A stretch of DNA of 64,000 nt from an uncultured Alphaproteobacteria bacterium (GTDB lineage Bacteria > Electryoneota > RPQS01), in NCBI GenBank assembly GCA_964406405.1, contig CAYORN010000002.1, positions 64,161-128,160 on the forward strand. Direction: 5' to 3'. The position numbers and the translations under genes are program-made. The notes under the pieces were generated by a model. It was not told where the DNA came from. It saw only the letters and a list, made by a program, of their open reading frames with translations, and ran no database searches. How positions within the stretch are numbered: the stretch's first letter is position 1; every line of letters begins with the position of its first letter. Positions 26,616 to 37,300 of this stretch are shown here, in pieces.

Positions 26616-27185
26616 GTGCGCGTGATCGGCCTCGAACGCGTCGAGCAGGCTCATGCCGCGCGGCGCGCGATGATCTATATCCTTTGGCATGGCCGCATGA
26701 TGGCGCCCGTCTGGCACCGCCGCGGAGTCAATGCCGTAGCCATGGTCAGCCGTCATCAGGACGGCGAATTGGTTTCGCGTATGGTGCATCAACTCGGGTA
26801 CGAAACCGTGCGCGGAAGCTCCACGCGCGGCGGCACGCAGGCGGCGCTCGAACTGCTCGATAAATTGCGCGACGGGCGAGCAGCGGCGATGATCTGTGAC
26901 GGGCCGCGCGGGCCGATTTACAAGATGAAGCCGGGCACGCCGTATCTTGCCCTGCAATCCGGCGCCACGATTATCCCCACGACCTGCGGCGCGTCCTCGG
27001 CGTGGATTCTGCACTCGTGGGATCGCTTTATGATTCCCAAACCATTCGCCCGCGTTTACATTTTGTTCGGCGAACCCATCCTTCCTCCCCTTCCCGATTC
27101 CGACTTGAAGTCTTTCACGCGCCAGCTCGAAGACAAGTTGAACGACTTGACCACTCGTGCCGACGACATGGCGCGTCCTGCATAA
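26616..27185 (+). CDS. DUF374-family protein (lysophospholipid acyltransferase-like, LPS/Kdo-associated); N-terminus probably extends upstream
   Basis: YILWHGRM, VRGSSTRGG, ICDGPRGP, SWDRFMIPKPF motifs; in-frame upstream codons encode a TM segment ...LLFFLGSRFGHLALLILGATWRVRV but contain no ATG/GTG/TTG. Confidence 0.65.
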   Translation: MRVIGLERVEQAHAARRAMIYILWHGRMMAPVWHRRGVNAVAMVSRHQDGELVSRMVHQLGYETVRGSSTRGGTQAALELLDKLRDGRAAAMICDGPRGPIYKMKPGTPYLALQSGATIIPTTCGASSAWILHSWDRFMIPKPFARVYILFGEPILPPLPDSDLKSFTRQLEDKLNDLTTRADDMARPA

Positions 27186-27245
27186 TCCCGGCATCCCGCC
27201 TGACGAGATTCATCTTCTTCATAGACGATAAAGGTACATTGACGC

Positions 27246-28769
27246 ATGGGTAATCCTCTGTTTGCCAAGAAATCGCTCGCGATGCTGCTCGACGAGATGA
27301 AAGGTGAAAATCGCCTGCGTCGGGTGCTCGGTCCGGTCACGCTGACCAGTCTCGGTGTCGGGGCCATTATCGGCACCGGCATTTTTGTATTGACCGGCAT
27401 CGCCGCTCACGACAAGACCGGACCGGCGCTGATTCTCTCGTTCGTGGTCTCCGGCACGGCGTGCATTTTTGCCGCGCTGTGTTACGCCGAATTCGCTTCG
27501 ATGGTCCCCGTCGCCGGATCGGCATATACCTATGCGTATGCGACGCTCGGCGAACTGATGGCCTGGATCATCGGCTGGGACCTCGTGCTCGAGTACTCGG
27601 TCTCATCCTCGGCGGTGGCGCATGGGTGGTCGCATTATTTTCAGGCATTCATCGGGATCTTCGGTCTATCCGTTCCTCATGCGTTATCGCTGGCGCCTTT
27701 TGATTTCGATCCGGCGGTCGGGCATCTCGTCTCGACCGGGACGATTATGGATTTGCCGGCGCTCCTGATCACAGCTTTGATGACGATCTTGCTCATAAAG
27801 GGAATCAAAGAGAGTGCGACGGTCAATACGACCATGGTGATCGTGAAGCTGGCTGTTGTCCTGTTTGTGATTGTCGTCGGCGCCTTCTACGTGGATCCAG
27901 CCAACTGGAAGCCGTTCGCGCCCTACGGCATGAGCGGAATCAGCTTCTTTGGAACCCCCGTCGCCGGAAAGGTCGGCCTGGGCGGTGAGCCGTTAGGCAT
28001 GTTGGCAGGCGCGGCGATTATTTTCTTCGCTTACATCGGCTTCGATTCGCTTTCGACGCACGCCGAGGAAGCGCGCAACCCGCAGCGCGATGTGCCCATC
28101 GGCATCATCACCTCACTGATCCTGTGCACTGTGCTCTACATTGCGGTGGCAGCGATTCTGACCGGCATGGTGCCCTACGACAAGATCAACATTGACGCGC
28201 CGGTGGCCGATGCATTTCAACAGAAAGGCTTGCACTTCGCGCACTTTCTGATTTCGATCGGCGCGCTGACGGGGATTACTTCGGTGCTGCTCGTAATGAT
28301 GCTCAGCCAGCCCCGGATCCTGCTGGCGATGGCGCGCGACGGGTTGATACCGGTCAGCTTTTTCGGCGCGGTGCATGATAAGTTCCGCACGCCGTGGAAG
28401 TCCACGATCCTGACAGGAATTTTCGTCGGCACGCTGGCCAGTTTCATGCCGCTGCGGATTCTGGCGGATCTGGTGAACATCGGGACATTGCTGGCCTTTG
28501 TCTTTGTGTGTTCCGCGGTCCTGATTATGCGGGTGCGACATCCGGAAGCGCACCGGCCATTTAGAGCGCCGTTTTATCCGTTTGTGCCGATCCTGGGCAT
28601 TCTCTTCTGTCTGCTGCTGATGTTCTCACTGCCGGAGGAAAACTGGCTGCGGCTTGCCGTTTGGCTGGCGATCGGGTTTGTGATTTACTTTGCCTACGGC
28701 CGGCGGCATAGCGTCCTCCGGAAACTGCACGATCAGGCTGAGACTGCGCGTAGTCGCGTCGTGCAGTAA
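27246..28769 (+). CDS. APC-superfamily amino acid permease
   Basis: 507 aa, about 12 TM; GAIIGTGIFVLTG signature region. Confidence 0.85.
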   Translation: MGNPLFAKKSLAMLLDEMKGENRLRRVLGPVTLTSLGVGAIIGTGIFVLTGIAAHDKTGPALILSFVVSGTACIFAALCYAEFASMVPVAGSAYTYAYATLGELMAWIIGWDLVLEYSVSSSAVAHGWSHYFQAFIGIFGLSVPHALSLAPFDFDPAVGHLVSTGTIMDLPALLITALMTILLIKGIKESATVNTTMVIVKLAVVLFVIVVGAFYVDPANWKPFAPYGMSGISFFGTPVAGKVGLGGEPLGMLAGAAIIFFAYIGFDSLSTHAEEARNPQRDVPIGIITSLILCTVLYIAVAAILTGMVPYDKINIDAPVADAFQQKGLHFAHFLISIGALTGITSVLLVMMLSQPRILLAMARDGLIPVSFFGAVHDKFRTPWKSTILTGIFVGTLASFMPLRILADLVNIGTLLAFVFVCSAVLIMRVRHPEAHRPFRAPFYPFVPILGILFCLLLMFSLPEENWLRLAVWLAIGFVIYFAYGRRHSVLRKLHDQAETARSRVVQ

Positions 28770-28810
28770 GCAGGATCCCGATTCGTGTTCCAATCGCGCA
28801 GGAGGATGAT

Positions 28811-30310
28811 GTGACCGATCCCGCCACCATTCCCGCTCCGCCCGCGAGTTCAGCGCATCTTAAGCGTGAGCTGAAGCTGTTCGACGCGACGATGATCGTG
28901 ATCGGCTCAATGATCGGTTCGGGCATCTTCATCGTGAGCGCGGACATCGCACGTACGCTCGGATCGGCGGGCTGGCTGCTCGTGGTGTGGCTCGTGAGCG
29001 GAGTCGTCACGTTAATCGCCGCGCTCAGCTATGGCGAACTGGCGGGGATGTATCCGCAGGCGGGCGGGCAGTACGTCTATCTCCGCGAGGCGTTTAACCC
29101 GCTCGTCGGATTTTTGTACGGGTGGACGATGTTCCTCGTGATTCAGACCGGCTCGATTGCGGCCGTGGGCGTGGCCTTTGCCAAATTCACGAGCGTGCTG
29201 ATTCCGTGGTTCGGTGAAGGGAACATTCTGTTTGAGATCGCGGGTTTAAAGATATCGGCAGCGCAGCTTTTGGCCATCGCCTCGATCACGCTGCTCACCT
29301 ACATCAATACGCGCGGACTGCGGCAGGGTAAGCTGATCCAGGACACATTCACCTTTACCAAGGTGGCGGCGCTGCTGGGGTTGATCGTGCTTGGTTTTGC
29401 AATCGGGCGGAATCCGGAAGCGATCTTTATCAATTTCGAGAGTTTCTGGAATACGAACTTTGCTTACTTCCCCAATGCGAACGTAATGACCACGCTCCCG
29501 CTTTCGGGGATGGCGCTGCTGGCCGCGCTGGGCGTCGCGTCGGTGGGGTCGCTGTTCGCGTGCGATGCATGGAACGGCTCGACCTTCACCGCCGCGGAAA
29601 CCGTAAACCCCAAACGCACAGTGGCGAAAAGTCTGGCGCTGGGCGTGGGAATCGTGGTCGTGTTGTACATACTGGCGAATCTGGTTTACATTCTGGTCTT
29701 GCCGGTGACCGGTGAGCCGAATGCCGCCAACGCGATGGGGCGCGGAATTCAGTTCGCCACGAACGACCGCGTGGGAACGGCCGCAGCATCCATGATTTTC
29801 GGCTCGGGCGCGGTGGCGATCATGGCGCTGTTCATCATGATCTCGACATTTGGCTGCAACAACGGAATGATTCTCACCGGCGCGCGCGTGTATTACGCGA
29901 TGGCGCGCGACGGATTATTTTTCCAGAGCACGGGAAAGCTGAATAAGAAAGCGGTGCCGGGCGTGGCGCTGGTGGTGCAAGGGATCTGGGCGAGCGCGCT
30001 GTGTCTGTCGGGAAAGTACGGCGATCTGCTCGATTATGTAATCTTTGCGGTGCTGATCTTTTACATTCTCACGATTATCGGAATCTTTGTGCTGCGCCGG
30101 ACGCGGCCCGATGTGGAACGGCCCTACAAGGCCTTTGGATATCCGGTACTGCCGCTGATTTACATTGTCGTGGCCTCGGCCGTGTGCATGGATCTTCTGA
30201 TCTACAAGCCCACGTACACGTGGCCGGGGGTAATTATTGTGCTCCTGGGGATTCCGGTGTATTACGTGTGGCGTGCGCTTGGGTCGGGGCGAATTGTGAA
30301 GGCTGAGTGA
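28811..30310 (+). CDS. APC-superfamily amino acid permease (second, tandem)
   Basis: GTG start after AGGAGG; GSMIGSGIFIVS; about 12 TM. Confidence 0.85.
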   Translation: MTDPATIPAPPASSAHLKRELKLFDATMIVIGSMIGSGIFIVSADIARTLGSAGWLLVVWLVSGVVTLIAALSYGELAGMYPQAGGQYVYLREAFNPLVGFLYGWTMFLVIQTGSIAAVGVAFAKFTSVLIPWFGEGNILFEIAGLKISAAQLLAIASITLLTYINTRGLRQGKLIQDTFTFTKVAALLGLIVLGFAIGRNPEAIFINFESFWNTNFAYFPNANVMTTLPLSGMALLAALGVASVGSLFACDAWNGSTFTAAETVNPKRTVAKSLALGVGIVVVLYILANLVYILVLPVTGEPNAANAMGRGIQFATNDRVGTAAASMIFGSGAVAIMALFIMISTFGCNNGMILTGARVYYAMARDGLFFQSTGKLNKKAVPGVALVVQGIWASALCLSGKYGDLLDYVIFAVLIFYILTIIGIFVLRRTRPDVERPYKAFGYPVLPLIYIVVASAVCMDLLIYKPTYTWPGVIIVLLGIPVYYVWRALGSGRIVKAE

Positions 30311-30322
30311 AAGATAGAGAAC

Positions 30323-32812
30323 ATGTCGCGGATTGATCTGCACGTCCATAGCCGGTACTCGGATCGGCCCACGAACTTCTTCCTGAAGAAGATGAAGGCG
30401 CCGGAGAGTCTGACCGAGCCGGAGGCCGCCTATCGGCTGGCCAAGCGGCGCGGCATGGACTTTTTTACGCTGACCGATCCGGACACGCTGGAAGGGTGCT
30501 TGGAATTGTCCAGGCATCCCGATGTCTTCCCGTCGTGCGAAACGACGGTGGCGTTTCCCGATAACGATTGCAAGATCAAGCTGCTGCTCTATGGCCTGAA
30601 CGAAGCGCAGCTCAAGCATCTGCTTGCGTATCGCGGGAACATCTTTCAGGCGCGGAATTATCTGCTCGCGGAGAATATCTTTCATGCCGTCGCCTCGCCG
30701 CTGGAGCCCTTGAACGCGCGGCTGGGTGTGGATCACATCGAGAAGCTGCTGCTGCTGTTCGATCATTTCGAGACGCGCTCCGGAATGCGGCACCCGCGGA
30801 CAAACGAGTTCATCACGGCGCTCCTGGACAGCTTGACGCCGGAGTTTCTCTTTGATCTCGAGCGCAAGTGGCGGATTCAGCCGGCGAGCGAAAAGCCGTG
30901 GCAGAAGGGGTATCTCGGCGGCTCGAACGATTATTGCGGGCAATACATCGGCCTGACGTGGACCGATGTGCCCGGCGTGCGGACGACGGGAGAATTGCTG
31001 GACAGTTTGCGGCGGCGCAGCGGCACGCCGGGAGGGATTCACGGCAGCACGCTCGCCGCGGCGCACTCGATGTACCGCGTGGCGTTTCAGTTCTACCAAA
31101 AGAACTTGCGGCGGAAAAACGTCCGCGAGCCGGACCTGATTTCGCTCCTGCTCTCGCGAGTGCTGCAGCCGGAAGAAGCGCAGCGCCTGACCGTACGTCA
31201 AGCGGCGGCGATGACAATGGCGATGCTGCGGCGGCTGCTTCACCCGCGGCGCGGGCCGTCGTACATTGAGCGGCGGTTAATGCGTGAATTCATCCGGGCC
31301 TATAACCGCATTCCGGCGAGCGAACGTCTGCGCGATATTCCGCGCGACGATTTGGTGACGTATGACGAACGGCTGTACAGTCTTGTGGATCGCGTGATGG
31401 GGGAAGTGACGTACCGGCTGCTGGAGCGGGCAACACGGGAGTTCGAGCGCGGGCGTGTGGGAAATGCGCTCTCTCTGGGCGCGGCGATTCTGCCGGTGCA
31501 GGCGGTGCTGGGGCCCTATCTTTATTCCTTCAACCGGATGAACTCCGACCGGCCGCTGCTGGCAAAGTTGGAAGCACGCTTTTCTCCGGCGCTCGAATTG
31601 CCGCCGTTGCGCGCACCGCGAAAAAAGATCGCCTGGTTCTCGGACACGATTACGGACGTCAACGGCGTCTCGCTCACGCTGCACAAAATGGCCGAGGTAG
31701 CGGAAAAGCTGAACGCGGATCTGACGATTATTTCGTCGGTCACGCGGGACAAAGCGCCGCAGGGACCGAAGTTCTTGAATTTCGAGCCGGTGGGCGAGCT
31801 GCCGGTTCCCGATTATGAATTGCAGAAGCTCGCGGTGCCGCCGGGATTGCAGATCATTCGCTATCTCGAACAGGCAGGATTCACGGAATATGTGATCTCC
31901 ACGCCGGGGCCGGTGGGCATGATTGCGCTGCTCGCCGCGAAGATGCTGCATGTTCCGGTGCGGGCAATTTATCACAGCGATTTTCCGGAGCACATACGCC
32001 ACATCACCGGCGACGAGGGCTTGTATCAGGCCGCGTGGACGTTCATGCGCTGGTTCTACGGCAAGGCCGACGCCGTGTACTCGCCCAGCGCCTTCTATCG
32101 CGACCAGTTGATCGAGCACGGTTTCGATCCGACGCGAATGTTTATCTTTACGCGCGGAACGGATCTTGATTTCTTCAATCCCAAGCATCGCGACGACACG
32201 TTCTATCAGGCATGGGGGATCCGCGGCCGGGTGGTGTTTCTTTACACCGGACGAGTGTCGCGCGAGAAGAATCTTGACACGGTGCTGGATGCGTTTTGGG
32301 GCGATGACGAGTTGAAGGCGAAGGCCGCGCTGGTCATCATCGGCGACGGACCGTACGCCGGCGAGTTGAAAGAACGCTACAAGCATCCGGCGATTGCGTT
32401 TCCGGGATTTATGAAAGGCAAGAATCTCGCGCGGGCATATGCGTCGGCGGATGCGTTTGTCTTTCCCTCGACGACGGACACGTACGGCAATTCCGTCCTG
32501 GAAGCGCAGGCGTCCGGCTTGCCATCGCTGGTCTCGGACGAAGGCGGCCCGAAGGAGATTATTCTGCCGAATCAGAGCGGCTTCGTGCTGCCAGGGCATG
32601 ACGTGCCGGCGTGGCGCGCGGCGATGCGCGATTTGACAATGGGCACAGAGCTTCGCGCCCGCATGGCCTCGGCGGCGCGGGCACGAGCGGCGACAAGGGA
32701 CTGGACCACGGCGTTTCGGGAGTTTTGGGAGGTAGATCCGTACGGAAAAAGTTCAAACCCAAAATCCCAGATCCAAGATCCCAAATCCCAGTCGGAAGTA
32801 CCCCGGCCTTAG
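30323..32812 (+). CDS. fusion protein: N-terminal PHP-domain phosphoesterase + C-terminal GT4/GT1 glycosyltransferase
   Basis: IDLHVHSRYSD...FFTLTDPDT (PHP); C-terminal ...FLYTGRVSREKNLD...EAQASGLPSLVSDEGGPKEII (Glycos_transf_1); low-complexity tail from an A/C-rich repeat. Confidence 0.7.
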   Translation: MSRIDLHVHSRYSDRPTNFFLKKMKAPESLTEPEAAYRLAKRRGMDFFTLTDPDTLEGCLELSRHPDVFPSCETTVAFPDNDCKIKLLLYGLNEAQLKHLLAYRGNIFQARNYLLAENIFHAVASPLEPLNARLGVDHIEKLLLLFDHFETRSGMRHPRTNEFITALLDSLTPEFLFDLERKWRIQPASEKPWQKGYLGGSNDYCGQYIGLTWTDVPGVRTTGELLDSLRRRSGTPGGIHGSTLAAAHSMYRVAFQFYQKNLRRKNVREPDLISLLLSRVLQPEEAQRLTVRQAAAMTMAMLRRLLHPRRGPSYIERRLMREFIRAYNRIPASERLRDIPRDDLVTYDERLYSLVDRVMGEVTYRLLERATREFERGRVGNALSLGAAILPVQAVLGPYLYSFNRMNSDRPLLAKLEARFSPALELPPLRAPRKKIAWFSDTITDVNGVSLTLHKMAEVAEKLNADLTIISSVTRDKAPQGPKFLNFEPVGELPVPDYELQKLAVPPGLQIIRYLEQAGFTEYVISTPGPVGMIALLAAKMLHVPVRAIYHSDFPEHIRHITGDEGLYQAAWTFMRWFYGKADAVYSPSAFYRDQLIEHGFDPTRMFIFTRGTDLDFFNPKHRDDTFYQAWGIRGRVVFLYTGRVSREKNLDTVLDAFWGDDELKAKAALVIIGDGPYAGELKERYKHPAIAFPGFMKGKNLARAYASADAFVFPSTTDTYGNSVLEAQASGLPSLVSDEGGPKEIILPNQSGFVLPGHDVPAWRAAMRDLTMGTELRARMASAARARAATRDWTTAFREFWEVDPYGKSSNPKSQIQDPKSQSEVPRP

Positions 32813-32890
32813 GGTTGGTTTGTGCGTGGTCGTTTCGGCGGGTCACTTTGCTTGTTTCAGGTTTCAAGTTTCACATTTCAAATATTCTTT
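32745..32890. repeat. A/C-rich heptad array and complementary T/G-rich heptad array (inverted, about 60-nt spacer)
   Basis: aaaagttcaaacccaaaatcccagatccaagatcccaaatcccag ... gtttcaggtttcaagtttcacatttcaaatattc; similar pairs at 26040..26145 and 49480..49530. Confidence 0.55.
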
Positions 32891-32893
32891 TCC

Positions 32894-33541
32894 GTGCCTG
32901 TTATTGACCACGCCCGCGCGGCGAAACCAAAGGGATATAGCTCGAACAACCTGAGCAAATGGGAGTTCGATAATATCCTCTACCAGAAGCATCTCGAGCT
33001 GTACCTCGACAAAATGTACAGCTATTTGCGAAGCACAGGCGCACACAATGTGCTGGACGTGGGCTGCGGAGAAGGGATTGTGTACCGGGCGATGCGCGAG
33101 CGCGGCTACAACGGCGCGTGGACCGGCTTCGATGCCAGCGACGAGGCGGTGCGCTTCGCGCGGCAGGCCTCGCCCGAAGCGAATTGGCGGCAGGCCAGCG
33201 CGTATCAGATTCCGTTTCCGGACAACAGCTTCGACCTGATCTTCTCATCACAGGTTCTGGAGCATCTGCCGAGTCCCGAGCAGCCGCTCAAGGAATGCGC
33301 CCGAGTGGCGCAGCGCTGGCTTTTGCTTTCGGTGCCGCTTGAGCCGTGGTTTCGGACGTTCACGTGGCTCTCGGTGAAAATGAAGATTGGCCAAGACCCG
33401 GGACATGTGAATCACTGGACGCCGCGACAGTTCCGCAAATTCGTGAAGAGCGCGGGAAAACTGGCCGCTTGGAATTGGACCACCGTTTATCAGCTTGCGC
33501 TGATCGAGGTTCCTGATCCACGCGGGAGGTCCTCAACATGA
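32894..33541 (+). CDS. class I SAM-dependent methyltransferase (start uncertain: GTG 32894 or ATG 33014)
   Basis: VLDVGCGEGIV motif I; LIFSSQVLEHLP; Methyltransf_11-like. Confidence 0.7.
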   Translation: MPVIDHARAAKPKGYSSNNLSKWEFDNILYQKHLELYLDKMYSYLRSTGAHNVLDVGCGEGIVYRAMRERGYNGAWTGFDASDEAVRFARQASPEANWRQASAYQIPFPDNSFDLIFSSQVLEHLPSPEQPLKECARVAQRWLLLSVPLEPWFRTFTWLSVKMKIGQDPGHVNHWTPRQFRKFVKSAGKLAAWNWTTVYQLALIEVPDPRGRSST

Positions 33542-33697
33542 GCGGTGCATAACACCCACAGGCAACACGGAGCAACGTTTTCGGTGGCAGTTCGCAAACG
33601 GATCTGTCGCGATCCTGCAACCGGCTTCGCACTTCCGGTTTTTTGACAGAAAACAGACCCGGTCGTTAGCGTAAGCTAACCCGGTTACTCTCTTAGG

Positions 33698-33738
33698 CTT
33701 CGCCGCCGCAGGACTCTGCGGCGGCGAAGTTTTTGTTT
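33698..33738 (+). terminator. strong rho-independent terminator
   Basis: perfect 14-bp stem CTTCGCCGCCGCAG-GACT-CTGCGGCGGCGAAG followed by TTTTTGTTT; weaker hairpin+T-tract at about 33633-33655. Confidence 0.7.
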
Positions 33739-33801
33739 CCGGCGCGAGCTTTGCCAAATAGGATTTCTGAGTAGATGATGAAATGATGGCCGCGCGATAC
33801 G

Positions 33802-34281
33802 ATGAGACGAGCAAAGAACACGATGATAACTCCTCACGTTCCGATTGAAATCTTACTGATCGAGGACCGCGACGACGAGATCGAGCGGATCGAAGAAGCG
33901 ATCAACGCCACGGACTTGCAGAACCGAATGATCGTGGCCCGGAACGGGATCGAAGCCTTGCTGTATTTGCGGAAGTGCGCGCTTGTGCGCCGCGACAGGA
34001 CGAACAATTCAGCGCCGCCGGGGCTAATTTTGCTCGACGTCAATATGCAGGGCAAACGCGGGTTCGACGTGCTGCACGAGCTGCGCACGGACCCGAACCT
34101 GATGACAATCCCGGTGGTGATTCTTACGGACTCGCTTGACACAACGGACCTGGCGTGCACGCTATCCCACGGAGTCACCGGCTACTTCCTGAAGCCAATG
34201 GACGGCGAGCAACTCGAGAAGGTTGTGCGGGACGTGGAAGAACACTGGTCGCTGCTGTTGGCGGCGCCCTGCGCAAACTGA
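33802..34281 (+). CDS. single-domain response regulator (CheY-like receiver)
   Basis: ILLIEDRDDE...LILLDVNMQGKRGFDVL...PVVILTDS...YFLKP REC motifs (D-D-K). Confidence 0.8.
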   Translation: MRRAKNTMITPHVPIEILLIEDRDDEIERIEEAINATDLQNRMIVARNGIEALLYLRKCALVRRDRTNNSAPPGLILLDVNMQGKRGFDVLHELRTDPNLMTIPVVILTDSLDTTDLACTLSHGVTGYFLKPMDGEQLEKVVRDVEEHWSLLLAAPCAN

Positions 34282-34390
34282 ACGGATAGAGAAACCGACA
34301 TACGATGAAATAGGCCAGCGACACGATGAAAAGAGCAGCGCCCGACCGGGAGACCGGTCGGGCGCTGTGCGTTTTGGATGCGTGTTGGCG

Positions 34391-37300
34391 TTAGACTGTC
34401 ACCTTTAGCGGCGGTACGGCAACAGTCGTGTTCGGGCGCAGATAGTAGAGAAGAAGTTCGGCGACGGGCTTGCCGGCGATTTTCTCCATGGCTCGCCGGT
34501 ACGCATGCAATTGCGCAGCGTAGTGCTGAGCCGAATCCGGCAGTTCATTCGTGCTGATCGCATCGGTCTTGAAATCTACGATGATCAGCTGATCCTGTTC
34601 GACGAACATCAGGTCAATCACGCCCTCCCATAGGACCCCGTCCTGCACGTCGGCAAAGGGGACTTCGCGGTAGAGCGCCTCCGCTCGATAGGCGCGTTGG
34701 AAGAGATCCGACTTCAAAGCCGCACGCACGAGGTCGCACCCTTCTTGAATCCGGTTTTCACGGATGCCAAACTCCTCCGCGGATGAAAGGCAAATCCGCC
34801 CGAGGTTAGCGCCATCAGGAAGAGTGACGCGCTCGAGCAGACGATGCACATAGCTGCCGAATTTCGCGGCGTCGCGATTCACGCCGTGGCCGTTCGCGCT
34901 AATCCCCAGAGAAGAACTTCGACTCGGAGTAGCGAAAGCCCGAGAGCGATTCAGCTGCTCAACCGCGACACGACGCTGCTGCTCCCACCCGGCCTTAGCC
35001 GCGATCGAAGCTCCAACTCTCGGGTCGTTCTCCGGCATGTCCAACTCAATCTTGAGCGCTTCGGTGGGGGGAACGTCGAGCGAATAGCGGCTGGAATCGT
35101 GAACGGTAAAGCGGGTATGGCCAGTCTCCGGCATCTGCCCGAGCGACGTGTAGCGCGTGCGGAGTAGCTTATAGAAACCCTTTGTAGCATCACACCAGTA
35201 GGCGGGAATGACAAGCTGTTCTCGCGCGCGGGTCATGGCCACATAGAGCAGGCGCATGTGCTCGCAGGCTTCACGATCGTGGTCGTCTTCGCTCGCCGCA
35301 AGATACCCCGCTGTGGCGAACCCCTTGCGCGCGCTGAACTCGAGCGCTTTCGTGCCGCGTGCAATCAGCGGCCCCTCGGGACGATTGTTCACGTGACCGA
35401 GCCGAAAGAGCATAACCAGCGGAAACTCCAGGCCCTTCGCCTTGTGGAAGGTAAGCAACTGCACGACGTTGTCGCCGGTCTCGGCCGTGGCGGAATCATC
35501 TTCCGCGGCCCGTGTGTCTTCGAGTTTCGCCAAGCGGCGCGCCAAAGCATGAAACGAACTGCCGGCGTCGTTCTCGAGGGCGCGCGCCATGTCCAGAAGT
35601 TTGAGCAGATTCGCCACGCGGCCGTCGCCGTGCGGTTTCAGCGCGTAGATCTGCAGCCCTTTCGCCCGCGCGAAGAGATCCGCAATCGTCTCTGACGGCG
35701 CGCGCCTCGCCTTCTGACGGTGCAACTCGCGCAGCAGGGCAAGGCACTCTTCCACATGCGGGAGTGCGCCGTCGCAACGCAGATAATTGAAACCGTCGCC
35801 ATCCCAACGCTGCACGAGCAGATCTTCATCCGAACAAGCGAAAAAGGGCGAGCGCAGGGCGCCGACCACGCTGCTTTCGTCGAAGGGGTTGTCGAGCGCG
35901 GCAATCACCGTTCTGAGCGCCGTGACTTCACTGCGCTCGATGAACTTCTTCCCGCCGGCCACCTGATAGGGAATCTCGCGGGAACGCAGCGCGTGCTCCA
36001 ACTCCGTCAAGTGCGTTGTTGCGGAATAGAGAATGCCGATGTCGCGATACGTTCGACCGTGCTGCTGCACTTGCTCGCGAATATACTCCGCGATGCACGC
36101 GGCTTCGGCCTGCGCCTGTTGCTTGGCGTTGGGTTTGTTGTCCCACCAACTGTCAGGAGGAGCCAAGAACACCGTCTGCGGCGAAGTGACAGCATCACGA
36201 TATGGCTCGAGCGCAACGTACTCCGGCTCATAACGGCCATTGCGCTCGCCGGTCATATGCGCGGCGAAGACATCATTGACTTCATGCAGAATATCCGGCA
36301 CGCTGCGGAAGTTCATGCGGATATGCAGGCATTTTCCGCACGCTTCGATCTTTTCGCGCACCTTGCCGTAGAGATCCAGATCCGCGCGGCGGAAGCGGTA
36401 GATGGATTGCTTCGGATCGCCCACGATGAAGAGCTTGCCCGGCACCAGTTCTACGTCTTCCCACTCGCCGGCAAAGGAGTCCGGCTGCTCCGCGAGAAAA
36501 AAGACAATCTCCGTTTGCAGCGGATCGGTGTCCTGGAACTCATCCACGAGGATAAAGGTGAAGCGCTCTTTGAAGAATGCGCGTGCCGCGCGGCTCGTTT
36601 GCAGCATGTTCCGCGCCAGCAGGAGCAGGTCGTGAAAATCGAGCCGTCCGCGCAATGTTTTCGCCTGCGCGTACGCTTCCGCGGCTCCCTTGAGCCACTG
36701 CACCGCGTTATCGGCCCAACGGCTGACGAACTCGGCATAGACGGCATCCGCACGCGTTTCGAATTCGGCGCGCAGCAGTTTTGCGCGCTCCTGAATCTCT
36801 TTCGAACTCCAGTTGGCTTGCTGACCCGGCGAGCGTTTCGAAAGTTCCGGCTTCTGTTCAAGCCACGTCGCGGCGTTCATCAGGTCGAGAGTATCGCCGC
36901 GCGCAAGCCATTCCTGAATCTTCAGCAGCTCCTTGGCAAGGCCGTCTTCGCGATTCTTGCACGCGTCCAGAGCCGTTAGCTCGCTGCGCAACTCCTCACG
37001 AAAGGCCGCGAACCGCTTGCTGAGCGCGTCATCATTCAGCGTCGCGACATGAAGCGCGTCCAAGTCCTCGCGGTAATTCAGCAGGACTTCATACAGATCC
37101 CGCAGCGAAAAGCCGCGCGACGACAGAGCGGAGATCCCGCGTTCAAGCAGCGGACGCGCGGCCGGGCATTCGCCGCTGAACTCGCCGGCGATCCACTCTT
37201 CCCAGACTTCCGCGCGAAGGAGCTCGGCGGTGGCTTGATCGGCGACGCTGAAGTTCGGCTCGACTCCCGCTTCGACGGGGCGTTCTTGAATCAGCTCGCG

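Noticed and set aside
29915-32599. 442-aa and 440-aa minus-strand ORFs
   Set aside because: Antisense to the APC permease and PHP-glycosyltransferase genes. Arg-rich composition and no motifs.
35720-36979. 419-aa plus-strand ORF inside addA and several 150-250-aa ORFs inside addB
   Set aside because: Antisense to genes with clear helicase and nuclease motifs.
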